Of a DNA stretch of 55,238 nucleotides, positions 39,001-46,922 are shown piece by piece. A program made the translations under genes and the position numbers. The DNA is from Prosthecobacter debontii (lineage in GTDB: Bacteria; Verrucomicrobiota; Verrucomicrobiia; Verrucomicrobiales; Akkermansiaceae). Within the stretch, counting starts at the first letter, position 1. The number at the start of each line of letters is the position of its first letter. The DNA is taken from NCBI GenBank assembly GCA_945883455.1, contig CAMCXJ010000001.1, positions 1 through 55,238 of the forward strand. Direction: 5' to 3'. The notes beneath the pieces were generated by a model. That model saw nothing but the letters and a program-made list of their open reading frames with translations. It was not told the DNA's origin and did no database searches.

Positions 39001-41337
39001 CGCGTTGACGTCGTCGTTGGCGCCGATGGTGGTGAAGCCCGCCGGATTGAGCGGATCCCCGGTATAGACGGCGACCACCGTATCGGTCTCGCTGCCCTCC
39101 GTGTTCAGGCTGATGTTTCCGGAAAACGGGGCCGTCCAGCGGTACCAGACGCTGTGTCCTGCGCCTACGCCGGCATGCGGGGCGGCGATCTCAAACGGCT
39201 GCGCGGTCGCGCCCCGGTTCGATCCGGCGGTTTCGAACGATTCGCCGGTGAGAACGAGGGGGCTGCTCACGAGGTCGTTTCCGGAAACGAGCTCAAGTTG
39301 CAGGGTGAAAGGTTCTCCGAACTGGCTGCTGCTCGCCGTGACGATACGGTAGTGTTGTCCCGCCTTCGCCAGGAAGCGGCAGACGGTCTGCTTCACCCCC
39401 GGGTTCTGCGGGGAATCGTAGACCACGCTGAGCGAGTTTCGGGATTGGCCGCTGTAAACGACGACACGTTGTCCCCAGTAGGCCGAGCTTGCCGTAAAGG
39501 TGGCGAAGCCGTCGTAGGGAGCTTGCCATGCGAACCACAGCGTGCGTTTCTCCGCCGCCAAAGAGAAGCGGTTCTCGTCAGGCTCCCGGGTGGCGTCCCG
39601 GTTGTGGCCGCTCCATGTCACGAAATTTCCCGCAAGCGTGAACGGCTGGTCGAACATGTCATTGTATGGCTGCGTGACCACGCCGGAGAGAAGGCCATGG
39701 AGGTTGAGCCGCCCGCCGGTGGAGACCTTGCCGTTGAGCGAGGTCAGCCTGTCCGCAGAGCTGTAGAGCCTTCCGATCAGGCGGTCCGCGCCTTCCCCGG
39801 GAAACTGGGCGCGGGCGAGCGCGAGGGCGCCGCTTACGTGGGGAGCCGCCATCGAGGTGCCTTGCAGGAAACGGTAGTCCGCATCCCCGCCGCGGTAGCT
39901 CGACCAGATCTGCCAGCCGGGTGCGGCGATGTCCACCGAGTTGCGGCCATAGCAGGAGAAGCCTGTCAGGACATCGCTGGCATTGCTGGCGGCCACCGCC
40001 ACGATGTTGGGCACATCGTAGCTCGACGGGTAATGTGGCCGCGAATCGTTGTTTGTCCCGGAGTTTCCGGCCGCCGCGACAAACGGAATGTCGGCATTTG
40101 CACAGGCGGCGATCGCGTTCCGCAAGGCCTGGCTGTATCCGCCGCCGCCCCAGCTCGCGCTGATGATGTGCGCGCCGTTCAAGCGCGAGTAATCGATCAC
40201 CTTGATGCCGTCGGAAGTGGTGCCGCCGTTCGGCCCGAGGAAACGGCCGGCCATCAGCTGCACGTTCCAGGCCACGCCGGTCATGCCGATATTGTTGTTG
40301 CCCCTCGCCCCGATGGTGCCCGCGCAATGGGTGCCGTGGCCTTGGTCGTCGTCCGGGTTGCCGTTGTTCTCGACGGCATTGTAGCCGAAAACATCATCGA
40401 CCACCCCGTTGCCGTCGTTGTCGATGCCGTCGCCGGCTGTTTCCCCGGAGTTCCGCCACATGTTCGGCGCGAGATCCCGGTGGGTGAAGCGGATCCCCGT
40501 ATCGGTCACCGACACCACCACCTCGCCCGCATCGGTACGGATGTCCCATGCGGCCGGCGCGTCGATGTCGGCTCCGGCCTTGTATCCGCTCACGCCGCCG
40601 CGGTTGAGAAGCCCCCAAAGCTTGTTGCCGGTGTAATCCGGATCGTTTGGCTCCAGGCTCGGCCAGACGAGGTAATCCGGCTCCGCAAACTCAACAAGCC
40701 CCTCCAGCGCTGCGATCCGCAGCGGGAGTTCGTCGGTCTGGTCGATGCGCGCGGCGAAGGAAAGCAGCATGCCGTTTTCGCCCACCGCATCACGCGGCTT
40801 GAAACCTTCCGCCCGGATCCGCTTTTCGAGTTCCTCCGGATCGACGCCGGGCCGCGGCTCCACCAGCAGGTGATCGGCCACCATCACCAGGCGCGAATCC
40901 ATGGTTCCGGTTTTGCCGGACCATGTTTCCACCACCCGCAGCCATGGGTATTTGAAAATTTCCGTCCGATAGATCGCGACCCTTTCACGGTTGCCCACCG
41001 CATCCGGGTCGGTCCACCTCTCGCGGACAAGTCGTGAGCCTGCGATCAGCGGATCGGACGGATGTTGTGGCAGGTCTGCCATCGGCTCCGCGGCCGCCGG
41101 TGCAGGGCTTTCGGATGACGGTGGCGTGGCTATCACCGGATCGGTGCCAGCGGATTGCGCCAGCCGGATGTCCGCCGCATCGCCGTCGCGCGTGGCGCGG
41201 GTTTGCCAAGTGACCTCATCCGGGTTCGGTTTGCCGGCGGATGTTCCGGAAAACTCCAGGCAAACCCACAGTCCCAACAAACCGCAGAGCAGAAGGAGGA
41301 AAACTGCAAACCGGTTGAAATTTGGAAATCTCAGCAT
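33100..41337 (-). CDS. Giant multidomain S8 (subtilisin) serine peptidase
   Basis: Catalytic triad motifs VTDTG, HGTHCAG and GTSMAAPHV. Then two PPC-like 'ND.F...N..AT..P.E' domains, two Ig domains (YQW), many Asp-box S.DG..W repeats, a CARDB-like domain, two InlB-B-like repeats (F.GW.G) and a C-terminal DADGDG domain. The start is placed at ATG 41337. Confidence 0.9.
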   Translation of the reverse strand: MLRFPNFNRFAVFLLLLCGLLGLWVCLEFSGTSAGKPNPDEVTWQTRATRDGDAADIRLAQSAGTDPVIATPPSSESPAPAAAEPMADLPQHPSDPLIAGSRLVRERWTDPDAVGNRERVAIYRTEIFKYPWLRVVETWSGKTGTMDSRLVMVADHLLVEPRPGVDPEELEKRIRAEGFKPRDAVGENGMLLSFAARIDQTDELPLRIAALEGLVEFAEPDYLVWPSLEPNDPDYTGNKLWGLLNRGGVSGYKAGADIDAPAAWDIRTDAGEVVVSVTDTGIRFTHRDLAPNMWRNSGETAGDGIDNDGNGVVDDVFGYNAVENNGNPDDDQGHGTHCAGTIGARGNNNIGMTGVAWNVQLMAGRFLGPNGGTTSDGIKVIDYSRLNGAHIISASWGGGGYSQALRNAIAACANADIPFVAAAGNSGTNNDSRPHYPSSYDVPNIVAVAASNASDVLTGFSCYGRNSVDIAAPGWQIWSSYRGGDADYRFLQGTSMAAPHVSGALALARAQFPGEGADRLIGRLYSSADRLTSLNGKVSTGGRLNLHGLLSGVVTQPYNDMFDQPFTLAGNFVTWSGHNRDATREPDENRFSLAAEKRTLWFAWQAPYDGFATFTASSAYWGQRVVVYSGQSRNSLSVVYDSPQNPGVKQTVCRFLAKAGQHYRIVTASSSQFGEPFTLQLELVSGNDLVSSPLVLTGESFETAGSNRGATAQPFEIAAPHAGVGAGHSVWYRWTAPFSGNISLNTEGSETDTVVAVYTGDPLNPAGFTTIGANDDVNALLRWSRVDFDAVEGVTYHIAVDTAMGGLPGAFVLRGTRPGPPVITSEPADLEIPLGGRAVFSVGAAGTPPLRYQWFKEGEALPGAWESTLVLDPLTLGSFDDYHVEVSNSFGSVTSRTAKLTEKLIAPAIVWKSPDLSAVTGSSVELIAEASGSLPLTYQWRRSGVLIENASTPKLSFSNLTNASAGTYECRVTNPAGTATATIRVSLVTSPFDSWQWRLDEIPGLAVTDMKVIDGKLHAVAGDKILVSTDGLEWSTWKLPGGFEALSLNKLGTTWLCIGMDSSGNGRAVTSTNGVTWSVPQALTGLPNVTPLQHVTRIEVFNGRFIGQRASRTSNFGDIYTSTNGIAWTPATLNGATALVTANGPFVMDSGMILTGVNTTNNPPRALRSVDGTDWTQINLPPNGTTAVSTRGATRWNGQFVLFSGFGSYGWVSDDGINWTLQTGSTWGSGIDYNGNFVSLGGAQFDGLTVTWGASPWTATQTSIKPATGDVISAYAVFNNRVFYGTQRGFIGSLTEPSDLKPFGGSVAVPTQIVFQDNRFFVLNSGSSGNGTRSLRPMVSGDGSNWRKMRPWVWDNRTNPVSAYLLRGFGGGQFWGERSSGAAGPARGFLPHVMPEASVANGLAPTLTSLDADGQNMLAIAANKLHRSTNGGQSWAEVTGVPVIANSANPLASVSRFGTRWLLTNAAPAFAGQTGFVHYSDNGTTWTKAAGNAKPGFITKFNNDLYGLENLSSGNVTGWKSTNNGATWTAVPLHATNNLANREVLQLSVFNNSLVALVRNSSNVRSVWFSNDGISWFPGNTPPGIQGFATGLGQFVAYTSTGAIVQAGAPPSGGSAPVVRADYPVHDSSVIAGSFVDVIGKAFDPEGAAITLECHVDGQLIGTSGAGDFRFRFRAQNPTGHTVMLRATDPTGLVGSDELRISAVPPQTENLINPAEGRDYLPRVAMVEFSGAFYAAGEAGILRSTDGLNWKPVLLPALSSKLKGLAAGNGSLVAQTEWGILYSTRDGVNWSQVGPEIYAGYWINQPVIFSGGRFLIIQQIAGQQAINYQTSFNGIDWTSAVIYTSGRQATIGDNGIIVSVHENAWTGDKAVWSADGGNNWTAIPGIERAGSQNHSFAMAYGGGVFLIAASDGRVWRSADGKSWAAAENLPTATAPGVTVRYANGRFFVGSTADLLYSSSAAIGSAWQALAPAVKSDSVIHALGRFIARGQSGMAWSEDGITWRDATGGPTMAIGTRFAANGERALVIDSNGAAWSSADGLVWRQDFAGISGSAITAQQVGQQMASLGSNIILVGTNGMLLTSADNGGTWLPATSDGQAIPANWNFNRVQVSNGVALATAVIGNTAERLMLRSVNGTEWQRASALDTLRIADVASDGAGKWLAVGTGAAIRSSTDGGLTWQEVTGPSMFSARAVVWFNNQWLLFGATSSSSSAPSRCWTSPDGTTWTDRGANGLQYPGNDFFRTEGHGRLVVWNRTDKPVITSDGITWQPFTGYQTWVGNSLYWVTPRSTGFLLATPFISAQAPVQMFSGAPDGQTWSEISKLQTDTIWATMFNDRLFLFAPGRVVEWTGTDLELELAPPVAATLGVGDVVQSPAMIRNLGGGEVGGLMDIDGWLSSDGFFGDGNDVYLGRIQVDVPPTASGGQRAVNLSFELPGNVRPGDSRLIVLLDPEDRFQDKNRANNMSISSGAAAIIPQHRLELLAIGNGSVSADQNAEYYPHGARVAMVANAGKGARFTGWGGDAVGSLGATLVVMDSDKTVAANFIATAALTVFTRGGGSVLQPSDDGIYTAGTMAELTAAPLPGWTFSGWSGALTGNEPAKSLEMNTSKVVTARFSMGFDAWRNHVFSETDRADATISGPQADADGDGVENWREWLRGSHPKNRAEHGQGAMRLEGNRITMIYTRLENMPAGHSVRSSASFDLNDWLVPVDERVVASSDGVETIEASVDTTGRHSAFLRIGDTQPNE

Positions 41338-41563
41338 GAGCCAATCCTGCCAGCATGAGGGCAAGCGGCAAGGCGATTCATGTCCGACTACCCGTACGAT
41401 AGTCCCTTAGGGTTTCTTGATTTTCCTCACACATGTCGTTCCCGGCGGCCACATGCCATCTATGTCATGGCCGCCTGGCGCGTAGCCAATTCGATCGGGA
41501 TCATCTGCGCCGGTTTCTCCCTTTTCGTTTCCCATGAAGCGCCGGGCGGTGTTTCATCGAGGC

Positions 41564-43549
41564 ATGGAAGAAGAGATCCCGATCCTCGTGAAAAACGATC
41601 CCTGGCTCGCCCCGCAGACCGAGGCGATCAACCGCCGCACGCGGAAATTCGAGGAGGCGCTCGCCGCGATCCGCGCGAAGTCCGGCTCGCTCGCCGCCTA
41701 CGCCCGCGGCCACAAATACAGCGGCATCCATTTCAACGCCGCCGCTAACGAGTGGACCGTCCGCGAATGGGCGCCCGAGGCGCAGGCCGTCGCACTTATC
41801 GGCGATTTCAACGGCTGGAACCGCGAGTCCCATGCGCTGTCGAAAAAGGACGGCGGCGTGTGGGAGCTGAAACTCCCGCCCGGCACCCTCGCTCATGGAC
41901 AGAAGGTAAAACTCCAAATCCATGGCGCCGATGGCTCACGTCGCGACAGGCTCCCCGCCACCATCACCCGCGCCGTGCAGGATCCCGTTTCGCATGATTA
42001 CTCCGGCCAGATCTGGAGCCCGCCGGAACCTTACGTTTGGAAACACATGTTCGACCCCTCGGTGGTCACCGCCCCTTTCATCTACGAGAGCCACACCGGT
42101 ATGGCGGGCGAGGAACCGTGCGTGCATACCTACCGTGAGTTCGCCGACGAAGTCCTGCCGCGCGTCGCGAAAGCTGGCTACAACACCGTCCAGCTCATGG
42201 CCGTGCAGGAGCATCCCTACTACGGCTCCTTCGGTTACCACGTGTCTTCCTTTTTCGCCGCCTGCTCGCGTTTCGGCACGCCGGAGGATCTGAAATACCT
42301 CGTGGACACCGCGCATGGCATGGGCATCGCCGTGATACTCGACATCGTTCACTCCCACGCCGTGAAAAATATGGCGGAGGGGCTCAACGACTTCGATGGC
42401 TCCGGTCACCAATACTTCCACGCGGGCGGAAAAGGCGACCATCCGCAGTGGGACTCGAAATGCTTCGACTACGGCCGCCCGGAGGTGAAGCAATTCCTCC
42501 TCTCCAACGTCCGCTACTGGCTCGAGGAATTCCGCTTCGACGGCTTCCGCTTCGATGGCATCACCTCGATGCTCTACCACTCCCACGGCAACCGCGCCTT
42601 CGGCTCCTACGACGATTACTTCGGCCCCGATGCAGACGAGGACGCCATCCTTTACCTGAAACTTGCCAACGAGCTCATTTCGGAAATCAAGCCCGGCGCG
42701 ATCGTTGTCGCCGAGGACATGTCCGGCATGCCCGGCCTGTGCCGCCCGAACGCGGAGGGCGGCGTTGGTTTCACCCACCGCCTCGCCATGGGCATCCCGG
42801 ATCATTGGATCAAGCTCCTCAAGCACAAGCGCGACGAGGACTGGAACCTCGATGAACTCTGGGGCGTGCTCACCAACCGCCGCCACGGCGAGGCTACCAT
42901 CGCCTACGCGGAAAGCCACGATCAGGCACTCGTCGGCGACAAGACCCTCGCCTTCTGGCTCATGGACAAAGAGATGTACTGGCACATGGCCGCCGAGGAC
43001 AAGCACCCGATCATCGAGCGCGGCATCGCCCTCCACAAGGTTATCCGCCTCCTGACATTGGCTTTCGGCGGCGAGGGCTGGCTCAGCTTCATGGGCAATG
43101 AGTTCGGCCACCCCGAGTGGCTCGATTTCCCCCGCGAGGGCAACGGCTGGTCCTATCATTACTGCCGCCGCCAGTGGTCGCTGTTAGATAATCCGAACCT
43201 GAAATACCAATGGCTCGCCGAGTGGGACCGCGATCTCGTGAACCTCGCCAAGGAGCGCAAACTCCTCCAATCCCCGCCCGCCCAGCTCCTCCACGTGGAT
43301 CACGAAAACCAGATCCTCATCGCCGAGCGTGCGAACCTGATTTTCGTCATCAACCTCTCGCCGACAAAATCCCACTTCGGATACGCCGCGCATCCTTTCC
43401 GCAAGGAAACCCACCAGCTCCTGCTCGATTCCGACGCCGCGAAATACGGCGGCCACGCCCGCATCGATCACTCATTCAGCTACCCCATCGACGAAAACGG
43501 GCAGATGAAAATCTACACGACCTCTAGGACTAGCTTGGTGTTTGGGTAG
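41564..43549 (+). CDS. glgB: 1,4-alpha-glucan branching enzyme (GH13, eukaryote/Bacteroidetes-like subtype)
   Basis: REWAP, QLMAVQEHPYYGSFGYHV, LDIVHSH, FDGFRFDGITSM, AEDMSG and YAESHDQA. Confidence 0.95.
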   Translation: MEEEIPILVKNDPWLAPQTEAINRRTRKFEEALAAIRAKSGSLAAYARGHKYSGIHFNAAANEWTVREWAPEAQAVALIGDFNGWNRESHALSKKDGGVWELKLPPGTLAHGQKVKLQIHGADGSRRDRLPATITRAVQDPVSHDYSGQIWSPPEPYVWKHMFDPSVVTAPFIYESHTGMAGEEPCVHTYREFADEVLPRVAKAGYNTVQLMAVQEHPYYGSFGYHVSSFFAACSRFGTPEDLKYLVDTAHGMGIAVILDIVHSHAVKNMAEGLNDFDGSGHQYFHAGGKGDHPQWDSKCFDYGRPEVKQFLLSNVRYWLEEFRFDGFRFDGITSMLYHSHGNRAFGSYDDYFGPDADEDAILYLKLANELISEIKPGAIVVAEDMSGMPGLCRPNAEGGVGFTHRLAMGIPDHWIKLLKHKRDEDWNLDELWGVLTNRRHGEATIAYAESHDQALVGDKTLAFWLMDKEMYWHMAAEDKHPIIERGIALHKVIRLLTLAFGGEGWLSFMGNEFGHPEWLDFPREGNGWSYHYCRRQWSLLDNPNLKYQWLAEWDRDLVNLAKERKLLQSPPAQLLHVDHENQILIAERANLIFVINLSPTKSHFGYAAHPFRKETHQLLLDSDAAKYGGHARIDHSFSYPIDENGQMKIYTTSRTSLVFG

Positions 43550-43605
43550 TGAGCAATAATCACAAGTAGCTTGATGGGATCTAAAAAGCTGGTAAACTGT
43601 AAAGC

Positions 43606-43926
43606 ATGAAAGCCACTTTTGATATTCCCGATGATCTTTACCGACAGGTAAAGACTCGGAGCGCGATGGAAGGGCGTCCGCTGCGTTCGGTGGCCGTGGA
43701 GCTTTTCCAAAATTGGCTTTCGGGCAGCCATCACGAGAATATGCCCATTACAAATCACGTGCCTGCTGACCACGCGCCGACACGCTTCGATAGCGCCCCT
43801 TGGAGGGGGATCATCCGCCCTTACGTCAAGCCCGGCATGAGCCATGATCTCGATGAAATGAAAGAGTCCATCTCTCTTGGCTGGAGCAAGGAAGCCGCAG
43901 CCAAACTCAAACCCTCGGGAGTCTGA
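43606..43926 (+). CDS. Ribbon-helix-helix antitoxin (VapB-like)
   Basis: MKATFDIPDDLYRQVKTRSAMEGRPLR is an RHH signature; it sits 2 nt upstream of a PIN gene. Confidence 0.75.
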   Translation: MKATFDIPDDLYRQVKTRSAMEGRPLRSVAVELFQNWLSGSHHENMPITNHVPADHAPTRFDSAPWRGIIRPYVKPGMSHDLDEMKESISLGWSKEAAAKLKPSGV

Positions 43927-43928
43927 CG

Positions 43929-44333
43929 ATGGAATCATACCATCTGGACACTTCCGTGGTCATGCGCCTGTTGGTGCAGGAGCCAGCGAATCAATACACC
44001 CGTGCCGCAGGCTTTCTGGAGGAAAAGCTCGTGGCGGGAGCCAGCGCCTTTGTCTGCGATTTGACTCTGGCTGAAGCCTATTTCGCCTTGCAGTCCTTCT
44101 ATGGAGTTCCCAAGGCAAAAGCCCTCGAATTGCTGGCTGGATTCATCAACACCCCCGGGATTATCCCATCGAGCCATGCCCGCTCGATTCTTGCGCTGCC
44201 CAATCTCGCGTCAGCCAAACCCGGTTTTGCGGATCGTTTGATCCATGGCTCCGCCGTCACCGCTGGTCAGCGCTTGGTTACTTTTGAGAAAGCTGCCAGG
44301 AACCTGGCTGGGACGATTGTCCTTGGGGTTTGA
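43929..44333 (+). CDS. PIN-domain (VapC-like) toxin
   Basis: LDTSVVMR, LAEAY, FADRLI and LVTFE acidic PIN pattern. Confidence 0.85.
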   Translation: MESYHLDTSVVMRLLVQEPANQYTRAAGFLEEKLVAGASAFVCDLTLAEAYFALQSFYGVPKAKALELLAGFINTPGIIPSSHARSILALPNLASAKPGFADRLIHGSAVTAGQRLVTFEKAARNLAGTIVLGV

Positions 44334-44418
44334 GGAACCACCTCAAGAAAATAAATAAGCTTGTCCAAGGTGATGCGGTGATCGGTGTGCTCAATTTGGT
44401 TCCACACGAAAACCCACC

Positions 44419-45261
44419 CTACCAAGCCACAAAAGCCCCCCATTCCAGCACGGATCCTTCCCGCCATGCGAGGCGTTGGCCGAGTGAGGTGGCGAAGCTT
44501 TCCAATAGCGCGGCGGGGACTCCCTGAGCCAAGAGTTGGTCATGGTTCGACTCGATCTGTGAGCGCATGCGGCGGAAGTTTTCGTGGAGATGCGGTGTCC
44601 GGTTGATGTGTTCGGTTTTCGTGAAACCGGCTGCTGTTAGATCGCGGAGATGATCTTGGGCGGTGCTTAGCCTGGTGATGGTGTTCACGTTGCTGAAGAC
44701 CTTGGCCTCGTGGGTCGGTGCGGTTTCGGAAAGCAGGATGTCGGAGAAAACCAAGACGCCGCCGGGGCGGAGGACGCGCCGGATTTCGCGGAGCGCGGCG
44801 GGCTTGTCGGTGGCGTGGCACAGCGCCTCTTGGCTCCATGCGAGATCGAATTTTCCGCTCCAATCTTCCGGGAGTTTCTCGAACGATCCCGTCCATGTCC
44901 GGATCTGATCGTGTATGCCGAGTTCGGTGGCGAGGGTTTCGTTCTCGCGGTGGTGGTGTGCGCAGAGATCGACGCAGGTGACGGTGGCGGCGGTTTGTTG
45001 CGCGAGAAAATGCGCCGAGCCTCCGGGACCCGAACCGAGGTCGATGATTTGCTTTGGCGGAAATGTTCCGGATTTTCGCAGCGCGATTTCCAGAAGTCGG
45101 CGCGTGGCGTTTTCCGTGGCCTGCCGCATCGATGTACTAGAATCTTCGTAGATGCCGTAGTGGATGACAGGTGCGCCATCGCCCATGACAGTGCGGTAGA
45201 AGGCGGTGCCGACCCCGGCGGAGTATTGTGTGAGGATGCCGCGGTGGTGGTCGGTGGTCAT
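44419..45261 (-). CDS. SAM-dependent methyltransferase, sarcosine/dimethylglycine N-methyltransferase-like
   Basis: FY..VMG....IHYGIY, motif I IIDLGSGPGG, FDLAWSQEALCH, RVLRPGGVLVFSD and C-terminal LEWGAF. Confidence 0.8.
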   Translation of the reverse strand: MTTDHHRGILTQYSAGVGTAFYRTVMGDGAPVIHYGIYEDSSTSMRQATENATRRLLEIALRKSGTFPPKQIIDLGSGPGGSAHFLAQQTAATVTCVDLCAHHHRENETLATELGIHDQIRTWTGSFEKLPEDWSGKFDLAWSQEALCHATDKPAALREIRRVLRPGGVLVFSDILLSETAPTHEAKVFSNVNTITRLSTAQDHLRDLTAAGFTKTEHINRTPHLHENFRRMRSQIESNHDQLLAQGVPAALLESFATSLGQRLAWREGSVLEWGAFVAW

Positions 45262-46922
45262 GTGGGGATTTTCTTGAGCGGGATGCGGCCGAGAACGCTG
45301 TTTTCCAAGAGGATCATTTCGTCGCGGTGGAGGAAGGTTTTCGTGCGGCGAACGGTGACGGCGGCGATGGGTTCGTCAAAGCGGAAAAGCGGCAGGGCGG
45401 GTTCGACGAGCGGGCAGATGTCGGGTGCGAGGTCTTCGCCGGGGAAATGCGGCCAGCGGAGGATGGGGCGGAGACGATGGTCAGCGATCATGCGGTTCAT
45501 GCCTTGGAATACATCATGAAAGGGAGCGGCGGCGGCTGGCATTTCCTCCCACACGGGAGGTGGTGCGGGGAGTGCGATTTTTTCCGCATCATTCATCAGG
45601 CCGAATAGGAAATCGCGATCCTCGCGGTGGATGGTCAGCCCCCAGACGCCGGTGCGTGCGAAGGCGCGGTCTTGCGGGATCGCGGGGTCGAGGCCGGGGT
45701 GCGCGCCGAGGATCATGAGATGGGTGTGGATGTCGGTAAGCGCGGTGTCGTGGGGGGAAAGCTTGGGCACGGGGAACGCGAAGGTTTTTCCGGAAACCGT
45801 TTCCACGGTGTAGGAATACATCCGCATCAGCGGCGTGTCCCACCATGCCATGAGGTGATCCGCCGCGTCGGCGAGCTTGCTTTTCGCGCCGGAGTTCCCT
45901 TCCGCGAGGATCCCGCGCCGCAGCCATGCGATCCAGCACGCCGCTGCCGGAATCGCGATCACACAGGCGGCTACGAGCTCTATTTGAAAAACTTCCGAAG
46001 TGTCGTGGCAAAGGATGAAACCGAGCACGGCGAGGTGGTTCACGACATATTGGTAGGAGCAAAGGCCGGTGAGCGCGAAGACCGCGAGATGAAACAGGAT
46101 CGTCGCGCCAAGCAACAAGGCGGCGAACCGCGCATCGGCCAGAAAAAACAGCCACGCCATTTCCAAAACCCACGCGCCGCCGCAGATCGAGACGCGATGC
46201 ATTGCCATCCAGTGCGCCTGTTTCATCACGACCTCCCGGCTCCTGCCGAACTTCCAGCCGCGCAACCAAGCGTTCGCTGTGAGGCACTCGACACGGTTTT
46301 CCGAAATCCACGACCACCAGCGAGAGCCGAGCGCGGATTTCGCCAACGCGTGGTTCACGTAGGTGGATGCTTGGAATCCTAGCAGCGCTGCGAGCGCGAT
46401 TTCGCCGAAGTTTTCCCAATCCTCTCCCGCGATGCACAGCCCTCCGAACAGCGCGAGCGCGGCGGCGACGAGGCTGAGCGAGGCGCGGACGAATTCGAAG
46501 CCGAGGAGGTTCGAGTAGCCCGGCCCGAGCAGGAACGAGGCCACGGTGTATTGCAGGCAACCGCACGCGACGAGGCACGGATAGACGAAGGCCGGTGAGA
46601 AATAAACGCCCACGACCAGCGCGAAAACGACCAGCCGATCCATGATGAACATGGCGCAGCCGAAGCGCCCGATGGCACCCAGCGCGAGCAAAGCGGCGAG
46701 CATCGCGGACATGACTTGTAGTGCTGGAAATTTATCCCACGACAATCCCACCACTGGGAAAACGAAAGCGAGATGCGCGATCCACAGCAGCGGACGGCTC
46801 AGCAGGGTGAGGATGGCGCTGCTTGCGAGAAATTTTCCGGAAGTCCCGTTCGTCCAGCACATCCGGTAGAGACCCAGCGATGCCGCACGACCCAAGAAGA
46901 ACAGCAGGAGAAAGGCGGTCAT
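45258..46922 (-). CDS. Polytopic membrane protein (HTTM-like N-terminal domain, soluble C-terminal domain)
   Basis: Multiple hydrophobic segments over the first ~330 aa, with YVNHALAK and LFHLAVFALTG motifs. ATGA overlaps occur at both ends (46919-46922 and 45258-45261). Confidence 0.65.
   Translation of the reverse strand: MTAFLLLFFLGRAASLGLYRMCWTNGTSGKFLASSAILTLLSRPLLWIAHLAFVFPVVGLSWDKFPALQVMSAMLAALLALGAIGRFGCAMFIMDRLVVFALVVGVYFSPAFVYPCLVACGCLQYTVASFLLGPGYSNLLGFEFVRASLSLVAAALALFGGLCIAGEDWENFGEIALAALLGFQASTYVNHALAKSALGSRWWSWISENRVECLTANAWLRGWKFGRSREVVMKQAHWMAMHRVSICGGAWVLEMAWLFFLADARFAALLLGATILFHLAVFALTGLCSYQYVVNHLAVLGFILCHDTSEVFQIELVAACVIAIPAAACWIAWLRRGILAEGNSGAKSKLADAADHLMAWWDTPLMRMYSYTVETVSGKTFAFPVPKLSPHDTALTDIHTHLMILGAHPGLDPAIPQDRAFARTGVWGLTIHREDRDFLFGLMNDAEKIALPAPPPVWEEMPAAAAPFHDVFQGMNRMIADHRLRPILRWPHFPGEDLAPDICPLVEPALPLFRFDEPIAAVTVRRTKTFLHRDEMILLENSVLGRIPLKKIPT

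Noticed and set aside
41380-41563. 122-aa ORF at 41380 between the S8 gene and glgB
   Set aside because: It overlaps glgB out of frame, has no motif and occupies the divergent promoter region.
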